From Ministeria vibrans ATCC 50519 (Eukaryota > Protista > Filasterea), in contig CALSCP010002083.1 in NCBI GenBank assembly GCA_943704425.1, positions 1 through 40,560 of the forward strand: a stretch of DNA of 40,560 bases, written 5' to 3'. A program made the position numbers and the translations under genes. Shown here in pieces: positions 10,268 to 21,259 of the stretch. Each line of letters begins with the position of its first letter. Positions within the stretch are counted from its first letter, which is position 1. Below the pieces are notes generated by a model. That model ran no database searches. It was not told the DNA's origin and worked only from the letters and a program-made list of their open reading frames with translations.

Positions 10268-11045
10268 TTAGCCACTCACTGCCAACACAGCCTTGAGCTC
10301 ACCCAGCACACGCAGTGCCGCGTGTGCTGCCTCTCTCCGTGCCTGTCTCTCCTGCTCCCCCTCCCTAGTCTCTTCCACCCTCGGCTGCTGTTGCCTCCGT
10401 CGCCATCCACCCCCCTTCTCCTCCTTTCCAGTGTATGCTCGGTACTCGCCGCTCTCCACTTCTCGCACCTCCTCTTCAACCGATTCCTTTACGAGCTCCC
10501 TCTCTTCCACATTCGTTTCAGTTTCCTCTAAAATAATAATAATAATAATAAAAATAATTGATTATAATATTTTTTTTCTAATCTTCCTTCAATTTTTTTT
10601 AATTACCCTTATCCGAATAGACTTGAAAAAACGACGCTTGAACCAATTCCCATTCTGCCAGCGCACTTCGTAGCGAACACTCCCCGACTAAAAAGATTTT
10701 TGTTTGTAAAAACAAAATTAATTAGTAATATTGTTCTTGGGTTTTTACGCGTGAGATGAGCCGATATGGAACGGAGAGAAGACGGAGAGTCAAGAAAAGA
10801 AAGCGAGTGGTCTAATTGAGACTGCTGAATGGCATTGAGTCGCGCAAGAGACGACAGAACAAGCGAACGTAAACGAACGAGAGCAGCTTGCGGCGGTACA
10901 AGAGGCACTAGTGACTCGGAGTGCGTGTGGGTCTGCGGGTGTACTGTGCCGGTGCTGCTCACAGCCCACTCAATGTGTGTCTGCATGCGCTCCGCTTCGC
11001 GAGCAATTCTCTCCAGTGACTCACTGTACTCAATTTCACTTGTCT

Positions 11046-11082
<37 letters not shown>

Positions 11083-12207
11083 GACAGACAAGAAGACCCA
11101 TAAGAATTCTCCAATTTGTTTCGGGTCGTACTAAATCGTCACAATTCAAAGGAAAATGCGAATGGGCCAATGCAACCAATGACCACACTCGAGTTAGTGT
11201 TCGTCTCCTACCAAGCAAAAAACACACACGAAAACAACCTTAATTACAAAATAATAATAATTATATCTATTCTATGAATTTTTGTACCAAGTCTTAAGAA
11301 GAGTAAGAGTGATTCGTGTTTGAGGGGGGTCCCAATCATAGAGCGCAAGTGCCGCTGAAATATGAGCAGAAACACGACAGGACGGGTTGTAGTGTGTGTG
11401 ACGAGCAACGAGACGGTTGAGTTGCGACACACACAGCGCACAAAGCGACTGTGCGCCACGGTGCAGAATCAGACGCAGTGTCGTTGCATGCAGCTCTAAT
11501 AAAACAAAAAAGCTGCTGTTGGAGGAGTATATTCCGTCTCCCTGTATGACGTACCAGACTCCTCGCGTTGGTCCATTCGCGAGACAGGTGGGAGAGTAGG
11601 GGCGATGTCGAATCCGCGCGAAACCACTTCGATTTCTTGGACAATGCGAAGGGCGCGCGAGAATCTACGCGACCCGAGAGGGTGATCAATGCATGTACAC
11701 ACACCATGATCAACAAAAAAAGAAACCCAAGAAGATACCTTTTGAGCAGACAACTGCACTGCAGGTGGAAGGCACGACGCGACACACGGAGGTGTCGTCG
11801 ATGGGCACTGCGTTGCAAGTGTGCCCGACCATAGTCCAGTGCCAGCGCCAACACGCTCCCTGGAGGCCACACAGCAACGCTAAAGAGTGCAGCTACAGCT
11901 GTGTAAGGCGAGGGAGTCCAACGCCAGGCGCTTGGGGCCGTGGCGGAGTCAAGAGACTGCCCCAACAGCACGGAGGCATCAACATGGTCCAGAAGCACAG
12001 AATTACGCATCGCTTGCGCGTGTTCGTGGCACACGTCCTCATCCACAGGCTGTACTACATCAAGGGTGGTCTTGGGCGCGGGCGTCTTGGGCAGTATCGG
12101 GCTTGGTGGGTCGGCAGTGTCGACGCAAAAGCCGGCACTTCTACAGATCGACCTTTTCAATCATTGTCCGAAACTTTTTCGTCCACAAACCTGAGGTACT
12201 CGTCCAT
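10268..12207 (-). CDS. Vezatin-like multi-exon protein
   Basis: One exon reads RALRIVQEIEVVSRGFDIAPTLPPVSRMDQ, matching the vezatin-family IQExExxSRG...PPxSR motif. There is an upstream hydrophobic segment and a C-terminal VLGELKAVL. Exon boundaries are approximate. Confidence 0.55.
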
Positions 12208-12529
12208 TGGCGAGCCTTTCCACACTACCGCATCGGCAGACATAAAAAAGGGTCAAAAGAGCAAAACGCACGATAATAATTGATATTTACTAAAAACTTG
12301 GAATTATTCCTCGGCACACAACACGGGAAAAAGTCATGCAGAAAGCGACGAGGACACTCGCTCACACACATACAAGCGACAAAAGCCAGAAGTGACTAAG
12401 TGAACGATGCGACAACTCTATCTCTGATCTCATCACAGACTCAGTGGCATTTCCTCTCCTTGATTAAAATCATGGGTTGTTTGAAAGTTGTTTGTTTCGT
12501 AATTATTTTTATTAATCAAGGTTGGTTTG

Positions 12530-13171
12530 CTAGTTCACATAGGCGAGAATGAGCTTGGGGTTGTAGAGAGCGGCGTACATGTAGGCAAACATGATTGGAA
12601 TGGCCCACATTGGCGCCATTTCAATGAGCGGGAGTGAGCGGTTGGGACGCCAGGTGTTGAGACGCGCCCATTTCTCCCAGAGCGACGTAGTGCGCAGGCT
12701 CGTGTAGAAGCTGGTGCGATAGTTAAAGAGCGTGTGAAGCATGTTGAAGACGGTGCTAAAGGGTGTCCAGACAAAGGCCTCGATGGGAATGATGGGGTGG
12801 GCACGGTGCTCGAACAGCTGGTGCGACCCAATCTGCAGAGTCTGTGTCACAAAGAGCGTAAAGCCAAGGGGAAGGTACACGAGGAGCAGACGGTCCTTGT
12901 ACATGTTGTATGTGGCCTCCGTAATAACCAGTTCGCCTGCAAGGATCACGCCCCAGACCAGAGCGGTAAATTGGTCGAGACGCAAAAAGGTCACCACCAG
13001 GAGAAGACTTGAGATGAGCGGCAGGTGAAGCCAGAAGGGCGGTGACTCCATGAGAACAATGGGAAGACCACGCAGCATCATGAGAATACCCTGGTAGCAG
13101 GTAATGGTGGTCACAATGTGGATGAGGCTGTTGATAAACGTGTTGTGGTAGTAGCTGGAGTACGAGGACAT
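12530..13171 (-). CDS. Mpo1/DUF962-like membrane protein, paralog 1 (5' exons unresolved)
   Basis: YSSYYHNTFINSLIH ... QIGSHQLFEHRAHP ... AFVWTPF motifs and several TM segments. Confidence 0.75.
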   Translation of the reverse strand: MSSYSSYYHNTFINSLIHIVTTITCYQGILMMLRGLPIVLMESPPFWLHLPLISSLLLVVTFLRLDQFTALVWGVILAGELVITEATYNMYKDRLLLVYLPLGFTLFVTQTLQIGSHQLFEHRAHPIIPIEAFVWTPFSTVFNMLHTLFNYRTSFYTSLRTTSLWEKWARLNTWRPNRSLPLIEMAPMWAIPIMFAYMYAALYNPKLILAYVN

Positions 13172-14157
13172 TTCAACCTACAAACAGTTTTTGGGTTGTT
13201 GTTTTAGTCACATGGTGGCCATTATTAGATTTAAACTTGAAAACACGGTGTTGTAATTGACACACTGATTGTTTGGGGTAAAAACGGACGTTTTCAAATG
13301 TTTGCACAAATTTCTCCACTTCCTTTTCTTCGACAAACACTGCAAAACTAAGGCGCAATCTCCTTCCCGCATTACTAAATACTTAATGCCACTACTAGTA
13401 TTTTGATATGAAATGATATATTTATTGAAGTACGAAGCACCCTTTAAAGTTAGTCAAACGAAAATATGATACGAAATTTAGACGAACGCACGAAAAATAA
13501 TAGCGCTATGTGGTACTGTTGCTCATGTAGTGTCTATACATTGAACAAGAGCGGCAGGGACAAGCGGCAACAAGCGAGAGACGGGCTAGACGCTGTTGAT
13601 CTTCACGGTCGAACGAACAATAACAACTCCATGTCGAAAAAAGGGAGTTGGTCGAAGTGACGGTCGACAAAGGACGAGGAACATTTTGGGACGAAGCGTA
13701 CACGGGGGGCCTTGGGGGTTGGCCAACAACATTCCAATAGACACGGGGTGGTAAGCAAAGCAGCGGAATAGCATGAACAGGGCATGCGGCGGTGCGAGGT
13801 GCGTTTCATTTGCGTTGTGGTCGACAAGCATAAGCGAATGGGCGCGAAACCTCAATCCTGGGCATTCTTACTCCTCCTTTAGGCTCTTGTGGGGACGGCA
13901 TGACTGTGTGTAATGTGTTTGCTGTATTCAGTGCAGGAAGGTGAAGTAAGGAAAGAGAGATAAAAAAAAGTGAATACTAAAATTTTAGGACATGATCGGA
14001 GTCTGGAAACTCTGGATCACTTGACTGGAATTTATTTGGAAAACCTCCACTGAGTCATCCAGATGATTTCCTTATATTGCAGGAAAGAACACACCAATTA
14101 TCATACTCATGTTCTATTCATTCTTCTTATTGTGATGTTTTCAATTTTTACTGATGA

Positions 14158-14781
14158 TCACCAAATGGGCCAGTAGATGGCAAGGTAGGAGTAGATTGCA
14201 AAGGCGGTGAAGAGGTAGACGGGAAAGAAGTAGCCGAGGCCTGGGTGCGGGGTGTACTCGTCCCAGGCTTTCCATTCGGCCCAGAGGCCGGGGGCGCGAA
14301 GCTCCTTGAAGAACTTGGCGCGGTAGTCGAAGAGGTAGAAGAGCGTCGAAAAGACAGTGCCAAAGGGGGTCCAGATGAACGCCTCGGCCATGTTGACGGG
14401 GTGCACGCGACGCTCAATGTACAGATGGGTGACTGCCTGGAAGCCCGACGTGAAGAAGATGGTCGCACCCACTGGCATGAGCAGCTTGACCGGATGCGCC
14501 CCAAAGATTTCGGTGAGTGCCTCGTTGACAATGAGAGCGCCTGCGAGCGCCACCGCCCACATGATGGCCACGAAAAAGTCGAGACTCAGGTGCTTGAAGA
14601 CAATGTAGAAGTAGAAGAAGACGGCGAGGTTGAGCCACCAGGGGACCTCGTCGAGGATGAGGGCGGGGATGGGCCGGATCATCGTCATGATCCCCAGGTA
14701 GGCGGTGAACGACGTAGCAATGTGAAACAACAAGTTGATCGGGTTCTGGTGGAAGTAGCTTGAGTACGAGGTCGTCTCCCA
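14158..14781 (-). CDS. Mpo1/DUF962-like membrane protein, paralog 2 (5' exons unresolved)
   Basis: YSSYFHQNPINLLFH ... QAVTHLYIERRVHP ... AFIWTPF; clearly paralogous to 12530-13171. Confidence 0.75.
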   Translation of the reverse strand, partial: WETTSYSSYFHQNPINLLFHIATSFTAYLGIMTMIRPIPALILDEVPWWLNLAVFFYFYIVFKHLSLDFFVAIMWAVALAGALIVNEALTEIFGAHPVKLLMPVGATIFFTSGFQAVTHLYIERRVHPVNMAEAFIWTPFGTVFSTLFYLFDYRAKFFKELRAPGLWAEWKAWDEYTPHPGLGYFFPVYLFTAFAIYSYLAIYWPIW

Positions 14782-15535
14782 CTGCACAAACAACGAAGAA
14801 GCGTATGAGCTGGTTCTATCCAATTTACACCACCCACTCGATTGCAGCCACACAAACACCCTGTATACTTTGCACTCTATCAAATGAATCAGGCCCCAAC
14901 GCAGCGAGAGCCGCAATGGGCGTTTGCTAAAAGCGACATAATTATTTCAAAAACGGTTTTCAAACTCCAATGAGAGAATCAGCGGAGGAAACGCGCAGAT
15001 TGCTGCGGGATCCCGGGCAACGCATACCAATGCACACACAAGGCTGATGGGTGCAAAGGACAGCATAACATCCTGCGCGAACTGACATTTCACGATTCTT
15101 TTCTTATTATCCGTTGCCCTCTCGCATCTGCTCCCCCCGGTTGCACTTGCAAGCTGCCACACACTCAACAATGGTAACGTGCGCGTGCTGCCGCTCAAGA
15201 GAGGTTGGCACATGCGCGGTGCTTCGGGAGAAGCCATAACTATTTGTTTTGATGCGCAAAGCCCAGTTTGCCCCTCGTACCGCTCCCTCTGGGTGTACTT
15301 TCGACATGGTCCTACAATCCAAAGAAGAAGAACACAAAAAAAGATGAATAGGTAAAAAAATTCATTATTGCTCTGATATAATATAATATTATTATAATAA
15401 TTATAGTTGTTTATGTTTCTTTTCTTCCCCTCGCTGGGAACACCAAAGATTAGGGTGCCTGCAATTACTCATCACTAATCACTGCAGTGCACGTTGACTA
15501 GTCTCGACAATCGAAAAACAAACACACGAGGTAGT

Positions 15536-16571
15536 TTATTTGATGGGGGCGGAAGGGAGGGAGGGAGCAAAACACTTCTCGCCATTGATGGTGAAGGGAG
15601 TGTCTCTGTACATGGCAATGCGATCGGCATTGGTGTGCAGCTCGGGCGCCACTGCCTCCCAAATCTTCTTAACCTTCTTGAGATTGGTCTCAGGCGCAGC
15701 AGGATACCCTTCAAAGAGAACCTTGTCGCCAGGCTTGGCGCTGGCCGGCACCTCGATGAGCTCGACCTTGTCGGGCGTCGACGCACACATGACCATGCCG
15801 GACGACGTCACGCCACGCATCTTAGCTGGTTGCAAGTTGCACATCACAATCAGCTTGCGTCCTGACATCTCCTCTTCCGTCACCCATTTCACAAGGCCCG
15901 ACACTACCTGACGCGGTGCCTCCTCACCCACATCAATCTGCCAAACGTGTGTGAGAACGTTGGCCCACATTTTGTGTTCCTACCTCTTCAATGTACAGCG
16001 AATCGGCATCGGGATGGCGCTTGACCGAGAGGATCACACCAACACGCATGTCCAAGCGGCGCACGTCCACTTCAACAGGTGCTGCGGGCGTCGCCGGCTC
16101 CTTCGCCTTCTTCTCCTTCTTCTCCTTCTTCGGCTTGCTCGCCGCTGCTGCAGGGGCAGCCACAGCAGCCGCCGGCTCCTTCTGCGCCGCATTCTTGCCC
16201 TTGCCCTTGCCCTGCGCTGGCGCGTCCGTCATCGTGGGCTGAGGACCTGCGTCGTCGGTTGAGCAGTGCACTCTCTCTCCTCCTCTCTTTCCCTTTGCGC
16301 GTTGTGTACCTTTTCCGCTACGAAGATCCGCAGCAAACACCTTCTGTTTGAGCTCGGCAATCTCGCGACGAAGCTCTTCGTTCTCCTTGCACAGCAGTAC
16401 GATTTCATCAGTCTGCACAAAAAAAGAAAACGAGGCAGCGCATGACAATCACATCCGCATTGGCATCGCTCGTCGGCTCACCTCCTCCGCAGTGGCATTG
16501 CCAGCAAGGCTTTCAATAAACACTACTTGGGCCTCGAGAGCGGCCAAGGCGTTGGTTACAGCAGCAGACAT
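15536..16571 (-). CDS. AIMP1: AIMP1/p43/Arc1p-like tRNA-binding (EMAPII OB-fold) protein, about 4 exons
   Basis: N-terminal coiled coil (LCKENEELRREIAELKQK), Lys/Ala linker, then LDMRVGVILSVKRHPDADSLYIEE/IDVGEEAPRQVVSGL...NLQPAKMRGVTSSGMVMCAS. Confidence 0.85.
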
Positions 16572-16655
16572 TGGCGTTAGAGCAAAACTTAAAACTGAGT
16601 AGTTGAGCTGATCTCTTTGATCAAATAACGAAAAAAAATTTACATTGCTTTTTCT

Positions 16656-17474
16656 ATGCTGCTGACTACAGCTGTGTACGGGGCCGTGGCCCTGACAGGT
16701 GTAGTCATGCCGTATGCCTACGCGCGCGACGACTGGTCGATGCTTCGACTGTTTCACGGACTCACACTTGACGATGAACTCCAGCGTTTCCGTCTTGCGG
16801 CTGCGACCGTGCAAGTTCACGCCATGGCCAAGGAAGTGTGTCCGTCTGTCGCACAGGAAGATATTGCAGTGATGATGAGCAGCGACCTGTCTGCATTTTC
16901 GTCGCGAGCGCTTTTCTCGTCGCAGTCCCTTCTGGCAGTGCCCCGCTCGCATCTCTGGTCCAGCACCGACGACGTCGTTGCCTCGGGGCTCACATTCAAC
17001 GGAGACACGCCCATTGAAGAGCTGGCACCGCTGTTGCTCCCGTCGCGCGAGCGTCAGCGCTTCACCATTGCCCACGAACTGGAGCACATCCACCAGCACG
17101 ACCAGTCCTTCCTCTGCGCCGTCTACATTGCCACTTCACTCACATCCTACCATCTCGCTCGACGCATCTGGCGCTCGCCAGGCCTCTCTACACTCTCGCG
17201 CACAGGGCGCGCCGCCATTGCAGCCATTGCAGCGACCTTCATCATGACTGGCAATGTCGTCTGTGCGCATCGCAGTGAGCTTCAGGCGGATCTGGCGGGG
17301 GCGCGTGTGTCTGCAGCGGGTGCCTACGAGTCTCTCCGTTCCCGCCAGAGCCTCGACCGTCTCTCAAACTGCCACGATACCCCTACTCGCTCTCATCCCT
17401 CCATCGTGCGTCGACTGCGCAACCTTCAAGAACACGGGTTCACCAACAACGAAGAATCAAAGCACTGTATATAG
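16656..17474 (+). CDS. M48-family zinc metallopeptidase-like protein
   Basis: IAHELEHI (HExxH), a TM segment, ELQAD and SHPSIVRR motifs. Confidence 0.75.
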   Translation: MLLTTAVYGAVALTGVVMPYAYARDDWSMLRLFHGLTLDDELQRFRLAAATVQVHAMAKEVCPSVAQEDIAVMMSSDLSAFSSRALFSSQSLLAVPRSHLWSSTDDVVASGLTFNGDTPIEELAPLLLPSRERQRFTIAHELEHIHQHDQSFLCAVYIATSLTSYHLARRIWRSPGLSTLSRTGRAAIAAIAATFIMTGNVVCAHRSELQADLAGARVSAAGAYESLRSRQSLDRLSNCHDTPTRSHPSIVRRLRNLQEHGFTNNEESKHCI

Positions 17475-17546
17475 CAAAAGTGTAACACAAAAAAAACAAA
17501 AGTATTGTGTATATAGTCCAATCGACACCGTCACCCCATGTTGGAT

Positions 17547-17759
17547 CTACGCCTCTTCAGCAACAACCTTCTTGAGCCAAGGCGGGAAGTAGTCGAAGAG
17601 GGTCTCACGCACCGACGGAAGACGGTAGTCGTCGGTGGCGACTTTTTTGCGACAGTTCTCTGCGCCACATTCACATTCAAACGACTCCACCGACTCCATG
17701 ATAGCCTTGGACGCTACCGTTGCGTAGTCAATGGTGACGGGTGTAAGGGGAGAAAGATC
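17547..17759 (-). CDS. Last exon of a SET/post-SET domain protein (upstream part in the gap or beyond the element)
   Basis: Minus frame DLSPLTPVTIDYATV...FECECGAENCRKKVATDD...* (SET C-terminal TIDY plus post-SET CxCGxxxCR), preceded by a TTTAG acceptor. Not in the ORF track. Confidence 0.75.
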   Translation of the reverse strand, partial: DLSPLTPVTIDYATVASKAIMESVESFECECGAENCRKKVATDDYRLPSVRETLFDYFPPWLKKVVAEEA

Positions 17760-17835
17760 CTAAACAGTGCACATCAGGTTGAGTCTGTGCGTCTCTCTCT
17801 ATCGCTTTGTTTCTCTCTCCCCCTCCTTTCTTTTC

Positions 17836-17836
<1 letters not shown>

Positions 17837-17882
<46 letters not shown>
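17837..17882. repeat. (CT)n microsatellite running into the gap
   Basis: Direct reading. Confidence 0.95.
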
Positions 17883-18621
17883 NNNNNNNNNNNNNNNNNN
17901 NNNNNNNNNNNNNNNNNNNNNNNNNNNNNNNNNNNNNNNNNNNNNNNNNNNNNNNNNNNNNNNNNNNNNNNNNNNNNNNNNNNNNNNNNNNNNNNNNNNN
18001 NNNNNNNNNNNNNNNNNNNNNNNNNNNNNNNNNNNNNNNNNNNNNNNNNNNNNNNNNNNNNNNNNNNNNNNNNNNNNNNNNNNNNNNNNNNNNNNNNNNN
18101 NNNNNNNNNNNNNNNNNNNNNNNNNNNNNNNNNNNNNNNNNNNNNNNNNNNNNNNNNNNNNNNNNNNNNNNNNNNNNNNNNNNNNNNNNNNNNNNNNNNN
18201 NNNNNNNNNNNNNNNNNNNNNNNNNNNNNNNNNNNNNNNNNNNNNNNNNNNNNNNNNNNNNNNNNNNNNNNNNNNNNNNNNNNNNNNNNNNNNNNNNNNN
18301 NNNNNNNNNNNNNNNNNNNNNNNNNNNNNNNNNNNNNNNNNNNNNNNNNNNNNNNNNNNNNNNNNNNNNNNNNNNNNNNNNNNNNNNNNNNNNNNNNNNN
18401 NNNNNNNNNNNNNNNNNNNNNNNNNNNNNNNNNNNNNNNNNNNNNNNNNNNNNNNNNNNNNNNNNNNNNNNNNNNNNNNNNNNNNNNNNNNNNNNNNNNN
18501 NNNNNNNNNNNNNNNNNNNNNNNNNNNNNNNNNNNNNNNNNNNNNNNNNNNNNNNNNNNNNNNNNNNNNNNNNNNNNNNNNNNNNNNNNNNNNNNNNNNN
18601 NNNNNNNNNNNNNNNNNNNNN
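17883..18621. other. Assembly gap between host DNA and the left TIR
   Basis: Run of N. Confidence 1.
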
Positions 18622-18623
18622 GT

Positions 18624-19247
18624 AAAAACTGTGCCATACCGAATTTGCGGAATAACTTTTTCCATTATTTGATTATATTAGTTGAATAATTAACTGATAT
18701 AATTTGTGGCTATTAAAATGTGGTGAGCAGGGCTGGAAAAACAAAAATTTATGCAGAATATTCTTTGATAAGATCAGCCTGCTTAGCACACATATAGGCG
18801 TATCCGGCATCATAACCACACTTGCTATATCGCTTCCTAATACACTTCTTTACACCATCATTATCCCTGTACTGAAGAGTCAACTCGCATTTATCTTCGT
18901 TATGTCTTATGTTAAACTCCTTGAAGCATCCCCTATTAGCCCAACGTTTGTGACCATCTCCGCGTAAATGGGACAACATACAATGACGGCCAATTAACTG
19001 ACCACATTCGCAAGTAATTTTCTCCTTAATATGGTCACTATTAAGCTCATAGTATTCCTTTCTTTTAGCCAACATTTCATCTCTATTAGCAAGATACCTT
19101 TTCTGGTCATATTCGCGTCTTGATTGTTTGTGTTCCATATTGTATAGTTCATATACAATACAAATCTTTAAGTGTGTTTCCAAAAAAATGTTTTCATAGC
19201 AGTAGAAGAGGAGTAGCAGAGCCCGAACACACACTTATTCACACACT
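18624..19247 (+). repeat. Left terminal inverted repeat (624 bp)
   Basis: Reverse complement of 39935-40558 (AAAAACTGTGCCATACC...TTATTCACACACT); both copies encode identical ORFs. Confidence 0.97.
18749..19138 (-). CDS. TIR-encoded Zn-finger + AP2-like DNA-binding protein (left copy, 129 aa)
   Basis: ATG of MEHKQS...; CECGx9Hx5H finger; C-terminal domain similar to the end of the pPolB fusion. Confidence 0.8.
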   Translation of the reverse strand: MEHKQSRREYDQKRYLANRDEMLAKRKEYYELNSDHIKEKITCECGQLIGRHCMLSHLRGDGHKRWANRGCFKEFNIRHNEDKCELTLQYRDNDGVKKCIRKRYSKCGYDAGYAYMCAKQADLIKEYSA

Positions 19248-19253
19248 ATTTTC

Positions 19254-19589
19254 TCACTCTCCGTCTGAATCACTGTCTTCATCATCAGTAAAAAACTCAC
19301 CAAGCTCTTCGTATCCAGTATTAAAACATTCACACTCATCAAGTGGACATTTTGCATAGTGTTCTAAGCGTGGTACACATCCATCACAAACCGATACATC
19401 ATTAGACTTAATTATGATATGACATTCACTTTTTAAATGGAACTGATGTTTATCACTTGACCAGTATTCTTCAATTTCCTCATCTGTTTTAAGATCATAT
19501 TTTACTCCTAATGGTTGGAAACAATCTGTGCAGAACACGTATTCACATGCCCTACATTTTTCAAGAGCATAATCACAATTTGCACACAT
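19254..19589 (-). CDS. Cys-rich hypothetical protein with acidic tail
   Basis: Several CxxC pairs; sits behind a promoter duplicated at the right arm. Confidence 0.7.
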   Translation of the reverse strand: MCANCDYALEKCRACEYVFCTDCFQPLGVKYDLKTDEEIEEYWSSDKHQFHLKSECHIIIKSNDVSVCDGCVPRLEHYAKCPLDECECFNTGYEELGEFFTDDEDSDSDGE

Positions 19590-19594
19590 TATAT

Positions 19595-19642
19595 TATTAA
19601 GCTATTAAATAAGCATGTCTTTAAGCCCTTTTTTATTCGTTT
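19595..19642 (-). promoter_or_regulatory. 48-bp promoter block (contains GGCTTAAAGAC), identical inverted copy at 39510-39557
   Basis: Exact reverse-complement match; immediately 5' of an ATG in both places. Confidence 0.8.
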
Positions 19643-19658
19643 ATTTCTTAATAAACAC

Positions 19659-20396
19659 TTATTGCCCTGGAGAATAACTCAGACAATACTCCATCTGTGC
19701 ATGCAATGTTACACCACTAGATAGTGTTTTAGCTTGAACCCAGACATCTGTCATTTCAGCGACCTTAAAATGATCAAATTTCACATCAACAGAACCATAA
19801 AACATAGAACTGAACATAATCTTAGCAGGCTCACCATTCTTCTGTGACCAGATAGTTACTTGCCCGTCATCAGATCCGTCTACACGAGCCCTTAATACGT
19901 AAGCATTGTACGCCTTAGGAACACTGAAATAGCAATCCATATCTCTGTTAACAAAGGATGAATCGATCAACGGAATAGTCCGGTACACGACTGCTGGTAC
20001 ACCTGCTGTTACAGTTCCACTACCGACTCTAACATAGCCTTCATTACCACTACTAGACCCTACAACTGAAGCTTCCACCGAGTTAACACGGATAAAGTCG
20101 GCCACCATATTAACCCCTGTTTGTCCGTTGAGTACGACTGTTTCTTGAACTCTATCCCAGTTACTATTAAGACCTTTAACAATGACCTCTTCACATCCGG
20201 TTCCAGCACTGGCATCATTTGCGTCAGTGCTTGCTAACAGCATAGTTAAGGCAGAACCTGGAAACACGATAGGATCATTAGAGATATCACCATACGAAGT
20301 ATCACCATTCTCTGTGTATCCTCGTGTTACCGCAAGTTCTCGTCTGTAATCTTCGCCGAACATAATGTTGCTTATCACACCTGATTTTGATGTCAT
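19659..20396 (-). CDS. Putative virion protein, paralog of 30467-31192
   Basis: STDANDASAGTGCEEVIVKGL...ETVVLNGQT...RVNS...GSSSGNEG; beta-rich. Confidence 0.75.
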   Translation of the reverse strand: MTSKSGVISNIMFGEDYRRELAVTRGYTENGDTSYGDISNDPIVFPGSALTMLLASTDANDASAGTGCEEVIVKGLNSNWDRVQETVVLNGQTGVNMVADFIRVNSVEASVVGSSSGNEGYVRVGSGTVTAGVPAVVYRTIPLIDSSFVNRDMDCYFSVPKAYNAYVLRARVDGSDDGQVTIWSQKNGEPAKIMFSSMFYGSVDVKFDHFKVAEMTDVWVQAKTLSSGVTLHAQMEYCLSYSPGQ

Positions 20397-20427
20397 ATTA
20401 CTTTTATATTAATGGAACAGAATTTAT

Positions 20428-20934
20428 TTAACAGCGTGTTAGTTCACTGGCTAAGAATTGTTTTCCACGAATAGGTTTTCCTGTTTTAAAGTTCTTAATA
20501 GAGTGCATACCAAGCTTTTCCCTAACAACCTTGTATAAACCCTTAGCGTCACCATTAATACGGACTAAAGTGCCAGTTGCAATGAGGTGTTTCTCATTTC
20601 CTACCATTCGCTCTATGTTAATGTCTACTTCATGTCTTACAGGTTTAACCACTTTAGATAACATTGATTCAATAAATGCAAGCTCTTCCTCGTCTCCGCA
20701 ACCAGTTCTTCTTGCATGTTCTACGTACATGTTCATTAACGCTTCTATTTGATGCTTAGGTTCTTCAGAGTTAATAGCTTCGGTAATCTCATTCTGTAAC
20801 CGTTCTGATTCTACCTTATCAGGATTTAACGTTTGTTGTTGTGTGTTCTCCTTATGGAACTGTGATCGAGCGTGTTGTTTGCGGTTCTTGAACGTGTACT
20901 TCTTTCCACATTCACAATCTAAATATTCAGGCAT
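20428..20934 (-). CDS. Zn-finger (CxCG...H...H) protein
   Basis: N-terminal CECGKKYTFKNRKQHARSQFH. Confidence 0.75.
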   Translation of the reverse strand: MPEYLDCECGKKYTFKNRKQHARSQFHKENTQQQTLNPDKVESERLQNEITEAINSEEPKHQIEALMNMYVEHARRTGCGDEEELAFIESMLSKVVKPVRHEVDINIERMVGNEKHLIATGTLVRINGDAKGLYKVVREKLGMHSIKNFKTGKPIRGKQFLASELTRC

Positions 20935-20989
20935 TGTATAACTATACTTAAGATATTTCTTAATACCTTAACTACTGCTTAATACGCAC

Positions 20990-21232
20990 TCATTCCTTCA
21001 CCTCTAGGTAGTCAAAATAAGGACTTTTTAAGTCAAAATTCTTTCTATACCGTTTTTCACATACTTTTTTTGTATAGGCAACTTGTGAGATGCTATCATT
21101 TATTTCTTCGATAAGAACTTTACTATGACGAGTATCTACGACAAGATTATGAATTTCTTGAAGGGTGATACACATTTCACTTAATTTGTTAGCAATTGCT
21201 TTATGTTCTGCCTGTGTAAGCTCTTGTTTCAT
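20990..21232 (-). CDS. Hypothetical protein (80 aa)
   Basis: ATG preceded by GTATA, like most viral ORFs here. Confidence 0.65.
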   Translation of the reverse strand: MKQELTQAEHKAIANKLSEMCITLQEIHNLVVDTRHSKVLIEEINDSISQVAYTKKVCEKRYRKNFDLKSPYFDYLEVKE

Positions 21233-21259
21233 TATACTCTTAAAGAATATTTTATTTAT

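Noticed and set aside
15536-16571. tRNA-binding AIMP1 gene lying between the two tRNA arrays
   Set aside because: Ordinary intron-containing housekeeping gene; proximity is probably coincidental.
17538-18689. Long ORFs spanning N runs (also 9516-10238)
   Set aside because: Artefacts of assembly gaps.
18704-18967. 87-aa antisense ORF in each TIR (also 40215-40478)
   Set aside because: Shadow of the Zn-finger/AP2-like gene; non-ATG start and no motif.
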